From the NCBI GenBank assembly GCA_051294375.1, contig CM119269.1, positions 22,156,815 through 22,220,814 on the forward strand: a stretch of DNA of 64,000 nt, read 5' to 3'. The position numbers were made by a program, and so were the translations under genes. Below the pieces are notes generated by a model. That model ran no database searches and was not told where the DNA came from. It saw only the letters and a program-made list of their open reading frames with translations. The stretch is from Paraspadella gotoi (Eukaryota > Animalia > Chaetognatha). Below, one piece after another: positions 23,100-39,209 of this stretch (positions are counted from its first letter, which is position 1; each line of letters begins with the position of its first letter).

Positions 23100-26000
23100 A
23101 ATGAATGAGATACGCAAGCAAATTACCGCACATATGTCAGTAGTTTGTAATCTAGCAATGTTAAATTTATTGATTGCTGCTAAATAAGACAAGTCTACAA
23201 GAAATATAATTTTTTTGAAAAGCAGAGAGCAATTCATGGTACGCCTGCACTATGTTTTTTTATGCTATATTCCTTTTCATTTATCTATTTCATGCTAGAG
23301 AAGGAGAATGAATGATCCAAAATAGCAAAAATAAATCCTTCATGTCAACCAAGCCAATAGATTATAGAGAAGGTCTGACGATCCAAGTCATAAAGTATAA
23401 AATTCCTTTCATGGCGTACCCTTAAATTATTAGATCATCTTTCACCGAATAAAATGAAACCCTTCTACGTAAATGAAAATCATCTTATACAGTTGTGCGT
23501 TGACATTCGTGGAAGATGTGATTTATTTGAGCTTGCAATTTTATCTTCTTCAAATTCTTCCGATTTTGAATGAAATAAATGAGGTTTTTTTGACTAGAAC
23601 TTACTGGCGATGATTTCTTTCAAAATCATATCCTCTTGATTGTCATGGTACGTTTTCCTCATCCTCAAATGAAATTCAAAGTTCTTTTGAATCGTTACGG
23701 ATTTTATTAGTATAAACTCATCAATGGTGTTGACTGACTTTTATCTTTTATCTAATACCGCTTGGGAATATATGTTTTTACAATTAAACGGATTTCTCAA
23801 CGCTGAGGATTGTTGCACTGGACTCGGGACTGTTTTTAATTGATTCAGATGATCTCATTAGAGCAAATAAATTTTTCTTCCATTTGTTTTTAGTTTTGTC
23901 ACGGGCAAGTGGTCGGGCTTCATTTGGTGATGGTCTACAGCAAGGATTCTTCACCTTCTTCATAGGCATCCGTATCTTCACCAGAATCAGATTCATGTTC
24001 TTGTTTGTTTTTTTTTTTCTTTTATTTCTCTTTGCCTTTTTCTTTTACAAGGATTTAATATCTCATCGAAGGGTTTGCGTTTTTCAATAAGTTTAGTTGT
24101 AATTTGCTCAATCGTTGAAGACTGACTTTAATGGTTTTCAACTCGACAGACTTAGAGCTTTGAAGCCATTCTTCTTTCCCTTTCCCCTTTCCTTTTCCTT
24201 TTCCCTTGCCTTTTTCCCTTCCCCTGAGGATCTTTCTTGCCAAAATCTTCCAACGCATGTTCCCAAGACGTGAATAATCCAAAATGCTCGCGCGTAGTAT
24301 TGGTTGAAAATTGGGATTCAATTTTGATCAGGGTCAGTCATTGGTTCATCTTCAGTTTTCAACTGAAATGTGGATTGTGCATGCCTGAGGAGAATCACTT
24401 AATTTTTCTTGGGGCTTTTCTTCCCAAATTGCTCTGACCCAGACTGAAGACCGAAATAATTTGAGGACCCTTTTCTTCCAGTTTAGGCTGATTACTCGCT
24501 CGGAGCAAATCCGCCTCAGAGAATGCGTTCGCATAAGGATTGCAAGGGCCATTCTTATCAAATATTTTCCCATATGTGTGATCGTTGACTATATCCAAGT
24601 ATGAAGCAGGACTTGATTCGGAAGACTGGGTTGCTGTTGCTGTTGTAACAGAGACGCGTCTAGCCAGAGGTGGGCATCTAATAGTAGAAGTGCTGTGGTG
24701 GTGGGAATCAGGAGAATCTTATTTTCAAGAAAAGAGTTATTCAACTTTAGTTTTTTGGGGTTTGAAGGCCCGAATTATCAATGCCTAAGTATTTGAGCGG
24801 AGGGGGAGGGGGCAGATTATTTGAAACAACGGGTTGGTGGTTGATCCTCTGGAGAACTGGAACACAAAAACAAATTAAAAAAAAATTATAATCATTTTTA
24901 GAGTTTTAACACTTTTTACATTGATCATTACATTTTATAAAAAAATTTTACAAATTGAATTATCTTTGAACTATTGAACTAAAAATTAACTTTTTATTAG
25001 AATATATAATAGTTTTATGACTTAGGTCTTTATTAATATTTTAAAATCTGCCTCTATACTGATAAATATAATTTTTTTTAAAAAATAATTTTATTACCTT
25101 GAATCGCTATGAGGCAAGTCGGCCGAAGGCCCTGGGGGAGTCGGGTGGCGGTGTGTGAATGACCGCGCTACAAAAGAAATTAAAAAAAAGAAAAAAATAT
25201 ATATAGAATAATGATTATTATTTCGTAAAACTGAAAAAACGACAGAACTTCTGTCAGAAGCAGGACATGTACATAAAATGGTAAAATTTTACTTTCGCTG
25301 ACCGGAGCTTTAGCGTCTTTATAAAACCACTTAAAATACTTATCTGAAAAAAAATTGTAAAATTATTACCTAATTAGTAATTACCATAATCACCCCTAAC
25401 CCTAAACGACCCCTAAGCTACCCTTAACCACCCTTAACCGTAAAGTCTCATAACCTCGATCCGCGAAAGTAAAATTATGCCACAAACATTAGGAACAGAG
25501 TTTGATAATTGGCAACAAAAATTTTTTCAGAATAAAACGTACATGTTTCGGCTCTATGTCATTGTACATAGTACAAGCCTTCAAATAAATTGTTGTTGCC
25601 AATTATCAAACTATGAATATTAATGATGCTTATCAATTAAAAAAAATTGTTTCAATGTAGCGTACATGTTCTGGTAAAATGTTTGTGGCATTATGTGATA
25701 ATCCTTTCTTTTTTGTTGTGATGTCAGATTAGGAACAGAGTTTGATAATTAAATTTATTCAGAATGAAACACATGTTTCGGCTCTATGTACATTGTACAT
25801 TGTACAAGCCTTTCATTAATAAATTGTTGTTGCAATAATCAAACTCTGTTCCTAATCTACATCACAACAAAAAGAAAGGATTATCACATAATGCCACAAA
25901 CATTTTACCAGAACATGTACGCTACATTGAAACAATTTTTTTTAATTGATAAGCATCATTAATATTTCATAGACAATAATAATTCAAATTTAAAATATTA

Positions 26001-26124
26001 ATACAAAATTAATACCTGGTCGTTTCCGGGCCGGTAAGACAGGCCTGGGCACATTCAAGATCACATAACTTTTGCCAGAATTGCGATCGAAAATTTTCTT
26101 TGTTGTCACGCTCAAAGGGTCCAT
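23100..26124 (-). CDS. Duplicate of the uncharacterised (KG)n-containing gene, frameshifted by sequence errors
   Basis: Same exons as 14228-16955; also retains the 24445-24975 segment missing from copy 1. Confidence 0.5.
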
Positions 26125-27311
26125 CGTGAGTTGGAAATTTACAATAACACAGATAAGTAACGCGGGCGTCGAAACTGAGATACTGCGGGCCAGGAAACAG
26201 TTAACAAAGAAACGATCCTCCTGGCTGAACGAGACGGGTTTGGTTTTCTCTCTTTTCCGCCAGGGGGAAAAAGGAGAAAGAAAAAAAGAGACGAGAGAGA
26301 CGCTTTTCTTCTCGAACAAATGAACAGCGCACCAGTGAGTTTTCTTTTTATTCGCGTCGCGTGACTGACTGATTCAAAATTTTTGTTTTCTTCCTGTTTT
26401 CAGTTTTTTTATGGGAAACCTTGTTTTGTTTTGCCATTAAGTCTTCACTGCAGATTACCGCAGTAACAGATGTCTTCTTTTTTTTCTGATTGCTGTTTTC
26501 AAAATTTAAAAAAAAATTAAAAAAGGTGATTCATCACACTTGAGCTTCTGGGAGAAAAGATATTGTAATTGTGCCGAAATCAATCGTTACTTATTTTTTA
26601 TTGTAAAACGGAAAGTCGTTAAAACATGTCAGGTTGAGGAGAGAGAGAGAGAGAGAGAAGAGAGAAGCCCTCCGCTTCATCAACAAATCAAAGTACCATA
26701 CCCTTCTCTTACGAAATCTTGTTCATGTAAAAGTTAAATTTAAAACATTTAATATCCTCAATTGCGAACTGCCGCCATCTGACTCTTCTATAATCTTAAA
26801 ATATTTTAAATGATAAAAATTTAACATTTTATCCCTATCAATTACATCGGTCAAATAATGTTTATTCGTTAACGGGAGCTTTTTAGGTTGTTCTGTAACA
26901 TCCTCTCTAATAGGATTGAACTCTAGACGTCCTTGTCTCGAACCTATATAATAAAACGCCAGATCACAAATGTTAATCTATTTAATCTTCGCCCGCTTCA
27001 TATTTTTTTATTGCTAATTAGTAATTTATGCATTTATGCATGGATTATTTTAATGTTTTATAAAATGAACCGAAACAAAACGTTTATCTTACAAACCATT
27101 CATACGCAACTAAACTCTCAAAGCCGTTGGCGATCCCATCCAACTCGACACAATTATCAAAGCCTCTTATGTCCGCAGCGGATGACCAAACGTGTCGCCG
27201 AGTTGTTATTATGATTTCCTAACTGAAGGTTGTTGTCTTTGTGTTTTTACCTTTTTTTAATTAAAGGAAGAAAAATCAAAATCTTTATGGTGGACCACCA
27301 ACCGTTTGTCA

Positions 27312-27500
27312 GCGGCCATTGGTGCGGAGGCAAGTCATTCGCTTCACCAACCCAAAGGTCCGCGTTCTAGCCCGGTGGTCGTCTAGCAGTTAAGAGGGAC
27401 GGGGCGCTTAACCCCCGGTAACCGCGGTGTTACAGCCTGATCCGAGCTCAGGACTGCTTACATTGAACGTTCTGTCACTAACACACAACAATAATTACTT
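27312..27500 (+). mobile_element. tRNA-derived SINE, duplicate of 18141-18330
   Basis: Near-identical to 18141-18330. Confidence 0.55.
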
Positions 27501-27799
27501 GTCTCTTCGTCTTATTATTTGTTTGCTACCAACGACGGTGTTTTTTAAACATGAAAAATATTTAAATACGGACATGTTTCAGTTTCGGCTCTTATTGCGA
27601 GGTTTAATCATCGCGAAATAAAAACTCATCGCTGAAGACTCGAATACGCAGGTCGTACTCTTAAAGACCTCTTTGAAAGGTAGATATAGAATTGACAGTC
27701 GTCTGTTAATAAGGTAAGTTATTACTTACTAACTAATTCAACAAGGGACGCGAATTTTATACTCGGTGACAATTATAAAGAGAGTTTAACGAACTTCAA

Positions 27800-27994
27800 A
27801 TGGCCGACGACGACAACAACAACAGCCCAAACAACGCTCACGACCCCTTCACTCCGAAGCATGGAGCGGAAGACCACATTGAGTCAATGTGGTCTTCCGC
27901 TGAATTCCGCACATTGACATTCCGACGGTGGGGTCCCCATGTTGACGGCGATTTTCCTTGGACGAAAACGGCGGGCCCCATACAACAGTCTTAA
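27800..27994 (+). CDS. Possible 64-aa small protein, duplicate copy
   Basis: Translation identical to 18629-18823. Confidence 0.3.
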   Translation: MADDDNNNSPNNAHDPFTPKHGAEDHIESMWSSAEFRTLTFRRWGPHVDGDFPWTKTAGPIQQS

Positions 27995-28234
27995 AAGTTA
28001 AAATTATTCCAATTTGTTATATATGGCTGAATGATGTACATTGAATTTAATAGTTTAATTTCATAATGTTAAATAAATTTGACCCTCTATTCTGCTTTGG
28101 CTGGACTAGCAGTCGTATAATAATATTATTGATAGAAACATTAGAAACATTAAAAATATAATGATTTTTTTTAAAATCTGAATTTAAAATTTATATCTTT
28201 ATATTTTTTATAATTTATAATTTATCTTTCTTTA

Positions 28235-28905
28235 GGGCCCGGGTTTCCTCCATGGATAGTAGAGTGGAGCACTCAAGAACAAAAAATTTATTTCGAATGA
28301 TCGAACAATGATATTTAGATGTGATATAGTATGATTAATTAGTACAAAAAATATTTTGTTCATATTATCTCGGGAACAGAATAGTAAAATATAATATATT
28401 TTAGTAATATCCTTATAAAATAGTAAATTTTAAAAAATAATTTTATAAAAACTTTATTAAAGATTCAGATTATTAATAAAAAGTTGACATCAAAAATATA
28501 AAACATGTTATTCAAAATTCTGTCATCTTTCAATGTTTAAAATAAGAAAAAAGGTGAAAAATTCCTGACTTTTTTATTCTCTGTAGTAGAAACTTAATAT
28601 GCTAAAACTTTTAGTCAATTTTTTGTGATCTAAACATAAAATATCATATAACATTTATAAAAGTTTCTTAGTTTTACAGCGAATCCAAATCAGTTCTTAA
28701 AAAAAATATATATTTTGAAATTTGACGATTTTATAAGGATATTTACTACATAAATAAGTTGAATTTGCTATACTGTTATGCGCAAAAAAATTTTTAAAAA
28801 GATTTAAAATTTCATTAATTATATAAGTTCCCATAGTGCATCAAAAAAATAATTGTTCAATCACTCAATCTTTTCATCACTCCACCCTAATGGGATAGCG
28901 GGCCT
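28235..28905. mobile_element. MITE-like element with long imperfect inverted arms
   Basis: gtaatatccttataaaatagtaaatttt (about 28404) is inverted at about 28715-28750. The ends ggcccg..ccat..gtggag and ctccac..atgg..cgggcc are roughly complementary. Confidence 0.5.
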
Positions 28906-29473
28906 CTCGTCTTTGTGGAGGTTATCTTCTCCCCTGGTTCTGAAAGAAAGAGCAAATGAGCTTCGCCGTTAGTTCTCACCAAAAAATGCAAAGCCACATA
29001 ATGANNNNNNNNNNNNNNNNNNNNNNNNNTTATAGGCGCCTGTGAACTTCACAGGCTGAAGGATATAGTAGCCTGAACGCTGTGACAAAAGACGTTATTC
29101 CGATCGGAGATGTAGCACATCTCTTAAGCCCAAATTGCCAGATAGTTTTTCAATTTTTGGGTAACTATAGAGGCAATTAGTATTATTTATTGTAATAGTT
29201 TGTATTACTATCATTATACACGGTGTGCAACCGGCAACAGTGTTGTGAAAAAGATCGCCGACATAAGTCCATTTTGTCGTCACGCTAAATAAACTATTCT
29301 CTAATTTCTTATCAATGATTTAATATTTTTATTATTACTTAAGCCTCAATAGATAACCATAGACTAAATAATTTAAGAAATAAATAAGAACCCTTGGCCA
29401 TAAAATCCTGTATAATATTTTAAAACGTATATTCTATTCGCGCTAAAATGTTTTATAAAGACCGCACAAAGGT

Positions 29474-29988
29474 TCAGCACAAAACTGTTTTCATCATTTT
29501 GTGAAGGCGGACGTCAATCTGCGAGAAAAGGATTGGTGGTAATTCACATATATTTGGTCACTCATTAATTTAATATTTCACCTGAAAATGAAGAAACAGT
29601 TTAAGCACTATCCCGTACATGAAGAGAATGAAGAACAACTGGAATTGTAGCGACAGCATATTCTCGTTTTCTGTATCAAATTTTTATTAACTAAGTTTTT
29701 TAAATATAAAATCTCCAGTAATTACTGTTAGTTATCGACGTCTACGAATGAACATATTGATACCTATTTCAGTCGCCGTCTTGCCAATATCTTCGCTCGC
29801 AAAATCATAGCTAAACATCAAAAGTGTAAAGTTCTTAGCTTAGCTTGACAATACAATTAACTATTTCATTTAATTACACTAACTAACCCGTTCCGCCCGT
29901 CGGATTCTCCGCCGATCTCCTCCCCGCCGACGAATTGTATTCCTCCGCCGACGCAAAGTAGAGCCAAAAGGACGTTGGCCGTCGCCAT
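29474..29988 (-). CDS. Four-exon 93-aa predicted single-pass membrane microprotein with signal peptide
   Basis: Exons 29988-29888, 29810-29764, 29670-29582, 29518-29474 with GT-AG introns of 77, 93 and 63 bp join in frame: MATANVLLALLCVGGGIQFVGGEEIGGESDGRNGYDFASEDIGKTATEIENENMLSLQFQLFFILFMYGIVLKLFLHFQIDVRLHKMMKTVLC*. Confidence 0.7.
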
Positions 29989-30999
29989 CGCCGCCTCACA
30001 GACGCTATGTATTTATTTATTTAATTATATATTTATTTATTATTCATAATAACATGTTATAAATTGAAATAATAACGTAATAGCCAGAATGTAATTCGAA
30101 ATGTCCACGGATTTTTCGATAATTATAATTAACATAATTTCTAATTCATTTAATATACATTTTATTATATATATATTTAATATATATATATCTATTGATC
30201 ACGCGGTATTTTAGCCACAGCATATTTAGTCCTTAAAAAAGTACCTTTAGGCCAGCTCCTTTGTTTTTTCGTCCTGCGAAAAATTAAGTAGATAACTTTA
30301 TTTTAAAAACGTAAAAAAGAAATCTACAAGTTCATTCTTTTTTCGCTAATTTCGTTACCGCATTTTTGATGATATTCATTACATTAGTAATTTAGTTTAG
30401 GAGTTTTCTGACGTCTGAAAAAGGAAGACGGAGTGAGCAAGTTTAACTAAAATTTGCAACGAGAAATATACTTCGTCGTCAATAAGCTATCTGCAATGTT
30501 CATTTGTATCTTAAATTTTCCCTTCAATTCTGACAAAAGCGACATCAATAGAAAATGTTTTAACCAACTCATTTTAATTCCCAATTTCGCTTTCCTATAT
30601 GTAATTAAAAACAACAAACTAATTAACAAACCAATTATTTCAGGGACAATTGAATTTTTACTATTCTGCTATAATGTTCAAAATTAATGTGTTTTTCACC
30701 CTGGCGAAGAATTTGATTCATAAATTCGATGAATAATAGACGTAAAAAACATAAAGACAAACGAAAATTGAATTCAGCTGAGTCTCCACCCTTTCTATCG
30801 TTTGCCACTCCGGTTCGCCACTCCAGTTTGCCACTCCGGTTAGTCACTCCCGTTTGCTTCTCCCGTTATCTACTCCAATTTGCTCCTTATGTTTGCTCCA
30901 CCGGATTGCCCCTCCAGTTTGTCCCACCGGATTGCTCCTCCGGTTTGCCCCCACAAGTTTGCTCCACAAAGGTACGCCTCTCCATCACGCTGCCTTTAT

Positions 31000-33030
31000 T
31001 CTCCGCACCATCAAATAATCCCTATTCTCTCCCAGCTCCATCAATCTCTTTTTCGATCCATCAAATAATCCCTCTTCTCTCCCAGCTCCATCAATCTCTT
31101 TTCGGCTCCATCAAATAATCCCTCTTCTATCCCAGCTCCATCAATCTCTTATCCGCTCCATCAAATAATCCCTCTTCTCTCCCAGCTCCATCAGTCTCTT
31201 CTCCACTACATCAAATAATCCCGCTTCATTCTCTCCCAGCTCCATCAATTTCTTCTTTGCTCCATNNNNNNNNNNNNNNNNNNNNNNNNNAGAGAGAGAT
31301 AGAAAGGAGAATATGATGAGAGCGAGAGAGAGGAGGGCGGATATGATTGCGAGAGAGCAGGATGGGCGGGGAGAGAGGAGGCGGGATTATTTGATGGAGT
31401 TGAAGAAGCAGACTGATCGCGAGCGGGAGAGAGGCAAGGCGGATTATGATGGGCGAAGAAGAGATGATGGGCGGGAGTAGAGGTAAGGCTGGCATTTTGA
31501 TGGATGCGAAGAGAGAACTGATGGAGGCGGGAGAGAGGAGTGGCCGGGATTATTATTGGAAGCGAAGAAAGAACGTTGGGAAGACGTGGGAGGAGAGGCG
31601 GGATGATTTGATGGAGCGAAGAAAGACGATGTGAGCGGTGAGAGAGGAGGCGGGATTATTTGATGGAGCGAAAGGAGATGAGTGGGCGGGGAGAGAGGGA
31701 GGCGGTATTGAATGGAGCAGGAAGAGATTGTGCGACCGGGGAGAAGAGGAGGGCGGGATTATTTGAATGGAAGCGAAGAAGAGACGATGGAGGCGAGGAG
31801 AGAGGAGGGCGGGATTATTTGATGAGTGAAGAAGAGATTGATGGAGCGGGGAGAGAGGGCGGGATTATTGATGGAGCGAAGAAGAGATTGTGGAGCGGGG
31901 AGAGGAGGGCGGGATATTGGAGAAAGACTGAGTAGGGAGACTTTTAAGTGAGCGAGAAGAGACTGATGGTAGCGGGGAGACGAGGAGGGCGGATTATTTG
32001 ATGGAGCCGAAGAAAGAGACTGATGGAGCGGGGAGAGGAGGGCGGATTTATTGATGGAGCCGAAGAAGAGACTGATGGAGCGGGAGAGACGGAGGCGGGA
32101 TTATTTGATGAGCAAAAGAGACTGATGGATGCCGGGGAGAGGGGGTCTATTAAGTGAGAAAGAAGAAGACGTTGACTGGGCAGGGGAAAGAGGAGTGGAG
32201 TTTATTTGATGGGAAGGGAGAGAGATTGTGGAGCTGGGAGAGAAGGAGGGCTGGGATTAGTTAAGTGAGCAAGTGAAGAGTATTGGAATAGAGTACGGAC
32301 AAGAGGACGGGCTGGGTTTATTGATGAGCAAAAGAGAGATTGGTGAGCAGGGAGTATGGAATACAGGAATTATTAAATGTGGAGCAAAGAAGATACTGAT
32401 GATACAGAGAAAGGGTTGTAAATGATGGAGCAAAGAGAGAAATTGATTGGAGCTGGAGAGAGATGATTTTGAAGACGGATCGTAGAAGATCTAGTGGAGT
32501 AAGGGACAATGAGGAGGTGGGATTCCTTGGTGGGCGAGAGAGATTGTGTGGAAGCTGGCACGAATAGAATACATGGATTATTAGTGGCGAAGAAGAGATG
32601 ATAGGAGAGCTCCATCAAATAATCCCGCCCTCCTCTCTCCCCGCTCCATCAGTCTCTTCTTCGCTCCATCAAATAATCCCGCCCTCCTCTCTGTCCTCGC
32701 TCCATCGAAATCTCCATATGCACTTGCGCTCCATCAAATAGGTACGACAGCCATCCTGTACTGGATCCACCCGCGTACCGAATCAGTCTCGGTGTCTTGC
32801 GCTGCCAATGCAAATAATGCCGGCGCCCGTCCTAGCTGCGTCCTCGCTTTCACCAGGTCACAGATCTCTTCTTCGCGTGACCCAAAATGAAATAATCCAG
32901 GCCTTCCCTCTCTGCACCGCCGCGGTCCTCAATTCTGTCTTTGGCGCTCCATGCAAATAATGCCAGCCTTCCTAGCTCTCCCGCCGCTCCAACCAATCTC
33001 TACTCCGCTCCACTTCAATATTCCTGCCCT
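31000..33030. repeat. 50-54 bp minisatellite array; the 31291-32607 segment is inverted
   Basis: Unit ctccatcaaataatcccgccctcctctctccccgctccatcagtctcttcttcg, containing two ctccatca sub-repeats. Confidence 0.9.
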
Positions 33031-33211
33031 CTAGCGATGGTTCGAATGACTTCGAAGATGGCGGAACCGCAGACGACGAAGATGAAGATTCCAATCATGA
33101 CGGGTCCGACGGGCGAGGATTCCTCTTCGGGGCGGACGAGCGACTTGGGATGGGATGGATGGAGGCAAGGATGTTGGTGGCGGAAAGTTAAGTATCGGCT
33201 CTTTGGCTCAT
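33015..33211 (-). CDS. SERP1/RAMP4-like stress-associated ER membrane protein, apparently intronless; one probable frameshift error near the start
   Basis: [44 protein letters not shown] matches the RAMP4 signature VGP.....[13 protein letters not shown]. Confidence 0.8.
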
Positions 33212-34467
33212 TTATTATGAAAAAGGGTAATTTATAAAATATTAAATCTCTCTCTATTCCAAGAGCGACCCATTTTTTCCCCCCAAAATTCCGGAACTTA
33301 ATTTAAACTCAAATATTTAACCGTAATCTGTTAGATAACTTATAAGCCATTCTCTAACCCTAATCTCTAACTCTAATACCTAACCCGAAACCATAACTAT
33401 AGGCTAAGACTTAACTTTAACCTTAAACCTATTCCCTATTCCCTATTCCCTATTCCTGTTGCGTCCACACCCTACCCTTTAAAGACAAAAAAATCACCTT
33501 GGGAACTTTTCCGCGTACGTTCTTGTTGTGAGCGTTGCTGAGAAAACAACGGAGAAAAACTTACATTAGTGAATAAACTAGAGCATTATTATAATTTATA
33601 AAGACTAGCTTTGAGCTCTATGTAACTTTAGTTTTCCCACTGACCCGACTAGATAATATTTTAAATATAAAAAATGCTAGTGACTTATAAAATTTATTAA
33701 AAAACAAAAAACCAAAAGTATATCCCATATAATTAAGATTGAGATGATAGTTTTGTCTTATTGAAATAGAGGGAGCATCTATACGATAAAAAAAATGTAC
33801 CTTTTTGCCCTCATTTGTCGAGTCGCGACTTGCGCCATCTTCTCTTACTTCCTTTTTCCTCTTGCCGAAAAGACTATGCCGCAAACACTGCCGTAAAGAC
33901 GATGCCCAAAACCCACTGTGCCGCAAAGAATCGTACGCGTCGCTCAGTCGCTCAGTCACTAACGATATCGCGAAAAATTTGAACTTCTGCCGCAAATTGA
34001 AGTTAAAACTGTCTGCCGCAAGAGGTTACTGGATTTGCTACAACCGCTACTCTGATTTTGCTGCAAATGAGATTTCGTCGACGGAGACAATAGATTTGCG
34101 GTAAAGACGAAAACTAAAACGATTTTTTTGTTTCATTTTTTTATCTTTAGTGTTCCAATGTTGGATCGGGATCTCATCTAACTTTTAATGAACTCAAGAA
34201 TAAAAGCAATTGTAACTAAATATTTTATTTTTATTAGTTTGCTTTTTAACGTATATATTACGATAGATATGTTTCAAAAACGAATATGGAATCAGATTGA
34301 ATAAAACCAAACAATTCCAATGAAAATGTTTGTATCAAAAATATGTAATAAAAAACAAACCACTTTAACTAACACAAGCTAATTCAGGGCAATAATTTAA
34401 TTTTTTCCTGAGAGAGAGAGACAGAGAGAGAGATATCGAGCGAGAGAGAGAAAGAGACTCCGTCTCT

Positions 34468-37166
<2,699 letters not shown>

Positions 37167-37765
37167 GGTTCGAATTGCCTTTTATTTGTTTTGTTAGTCT
37201 AAACTAAGCTATGCTAGTTAGTTTGTTCTTTTTGGCTTTTGTACGTATAATTATTTTTATTTTTATTTGTAATTTTTTTTTTCAGTTTCGTTCGCAACTC
37301 GAAATTGATTAGAAACTATGAGCCTCGATCCAATCTCTCTCTCTCTCTCTGCTCTCTCTTCTCTCTCTCATCTCCTCTCGTCTCTCTGCTCTCTCTCTTC
37401 TTTCTCACCGAATTGAATCCCCTCAGCGCGATAGTCAAGCGATCTTCACGTGAACTCGATCGTCAAAACTGTTTCTCTCACCTCCGGAGTTGTTGTTGTC
37501 GCTCGTCTTCGTAAAGAGCCAGTTTCTCTATTCGTGGAGAAAGAAATTTAAAGTTGAAATTTTAGTTAAAATGAAAATTAAGTCCGAGAAAAGGAGAGAG
37601 TTTATAGAAAGAAAAGAAAAAAAGGTTGTGAAAGAGAAGAAAAGAGAGAAAGTAAGTGAGAAAAGTAAAAAGAGAGTTTTGAAAGAGAGGGTCGTGGACT
37701 AAAGCTTAGGGAGAGAGAGTCGGGGGATCAGCATAGCCGGACCGAGGTTGATCGAGAGAGAGAAG

Positions 37766-37796
<31 letters not shown>

Positions 37797-39209
37797 AGAG
37801 ACGAGAGAGAGAGAGAGAAGAGAGAGACGAGGGAGAGGTGCGCTGAGTGATTATCGTGAGATTTGGGGAATGGAGTCACAAAAGACGCAGAGGAAGGAGG
37901 GAGAGCTAGAGAATGATAAGAGAGTGGAGAGGGAGAGGGCAAAGAAGTGAAAGAGGGAGAGAAAGAGAATCAGAGATATGGAGGGCGAGAAAGCGCGAGT
38001 GGGAGGAGAGAGGAGAGAGAAAATAGGGAGAAAGGACGATCGTGTATACACGAGAGGGCAAGAGGGGCAGAAGAAGTCCGACACGGGCGCGACGCGAGCC
38101 GAGACGGGGTCGCCCGACAGAATTTTCATGATTTCGATCCAAATTTTAAATCAGCCAAAATTTTCCGTTTTTTGTGTTTTAATTTTGGGAAGAAATATTT
38201 TATTACTTTTTCTGACAAGAAAATAAATAAAAATGATATTGAAATAGTAAAGAAATTATCAAGATATGAATTTTACCGATTTTAAAAAAATTCTGATTTT
38301 TTTTTTTAGAAATCTGTTTGTTCTTTTGTGTTTTTTAAATTCAAGAAAAAAACCAGAAAATACAGACGGAATGTATTTGGTGAGTGTAATAGTGGAATCG
38401 TTATTCGGCGTTCGACCGACTGCTGCTTTACTTAAGAAGCGATCTCATTATCTTTCCTGAAAAGATTTTTTTACCCGATTGATTGATGATTGATCAACTA
38501 TTAAAATTGGTACAATCAATTGTTTAGATTTATTCATTCAATAGACAATAGACATAATAAGTAAATAAGTAACGGTAATTTCAATGTGTTGCGCCGAAGT
38601 GACTGCCTTATCACGTGTATGTTCTTTGGTGACAAGACGTTGACCATGACATGGTTTGATATAAATATGTAAACACTATACACTATTTAAGTCAGTTTTT
38701 TAGGGTTAAAGATTAAAGAATCAGTCCTGACAGGTTAAAGGGTCGGGGTAAAAGGATCACGGATAAAGCTTTTAGGATTCTGGTTAATATACTAAGTATA
38801 AGGTTTTGGGATTAGGGTCGGGGACATAAGATTAGATTTTTGGGGTTTGGTAATAAATTAAGTCTTATATATGTAAGTTAAGGTTAGGGTAATAAGAAAC
38901 AAAAAAGGACATTTTTCGATAAAAAGAGCTCAAAGGTTATTGAGTCCGAAAATATTTTATTTTTGCTTCAAACAAAATGGAAAAGAAAAAAAGTTGAATT
39001 TGATTTTGAGAACACGAAATGGATCTTACGAGACTCAAGAAAAGAAAAGAAGGGAAGGGGAAAAAGTATGGAAAGTCGTAATGACTGTCTCATTGCTGTC
39101 ACATCTTTCTGTCATCAAAGACGGAATTACTTCTTGCTTGCCCATTTCTTGAGACAAGAGGATGGGAATGGGCAATGAAAGCTTTTTTTTTACAGTCGCG
39201 GTGCTCGAG

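Larger units (their letters stand above)
10621..28750. repeat. ~9.1 kb tandem duplication (10621-19700 repeated at 19701-28750), probably an assembly artefact
   Basis: aagctgtattatacgatg at 10621 recurs at about 19702; 19620-19700 matches 28672-28750. Copy 2 is riddled with indels at about 21.1-23.5 kb. Confidence 0.9.

Noticed and set aside
21130-23500. Rapidly diverged paralogous sequence
   Set aside because: Dense random indels between near-identical flanks are the signature of unpolished long-read sequence.
29031-29075. GCCTGTGAA-C-TTCACAGGC palindrome as the end of another Helentron family
   Set aside because: No partner terminus found, and it lies next to a gap.
31291-32607. Biological inversion within the minisatellite
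   Set aside because: Starts at an N gap, degrades into noise and is absent from copy B; likely a mis-oriented or chimeric read.
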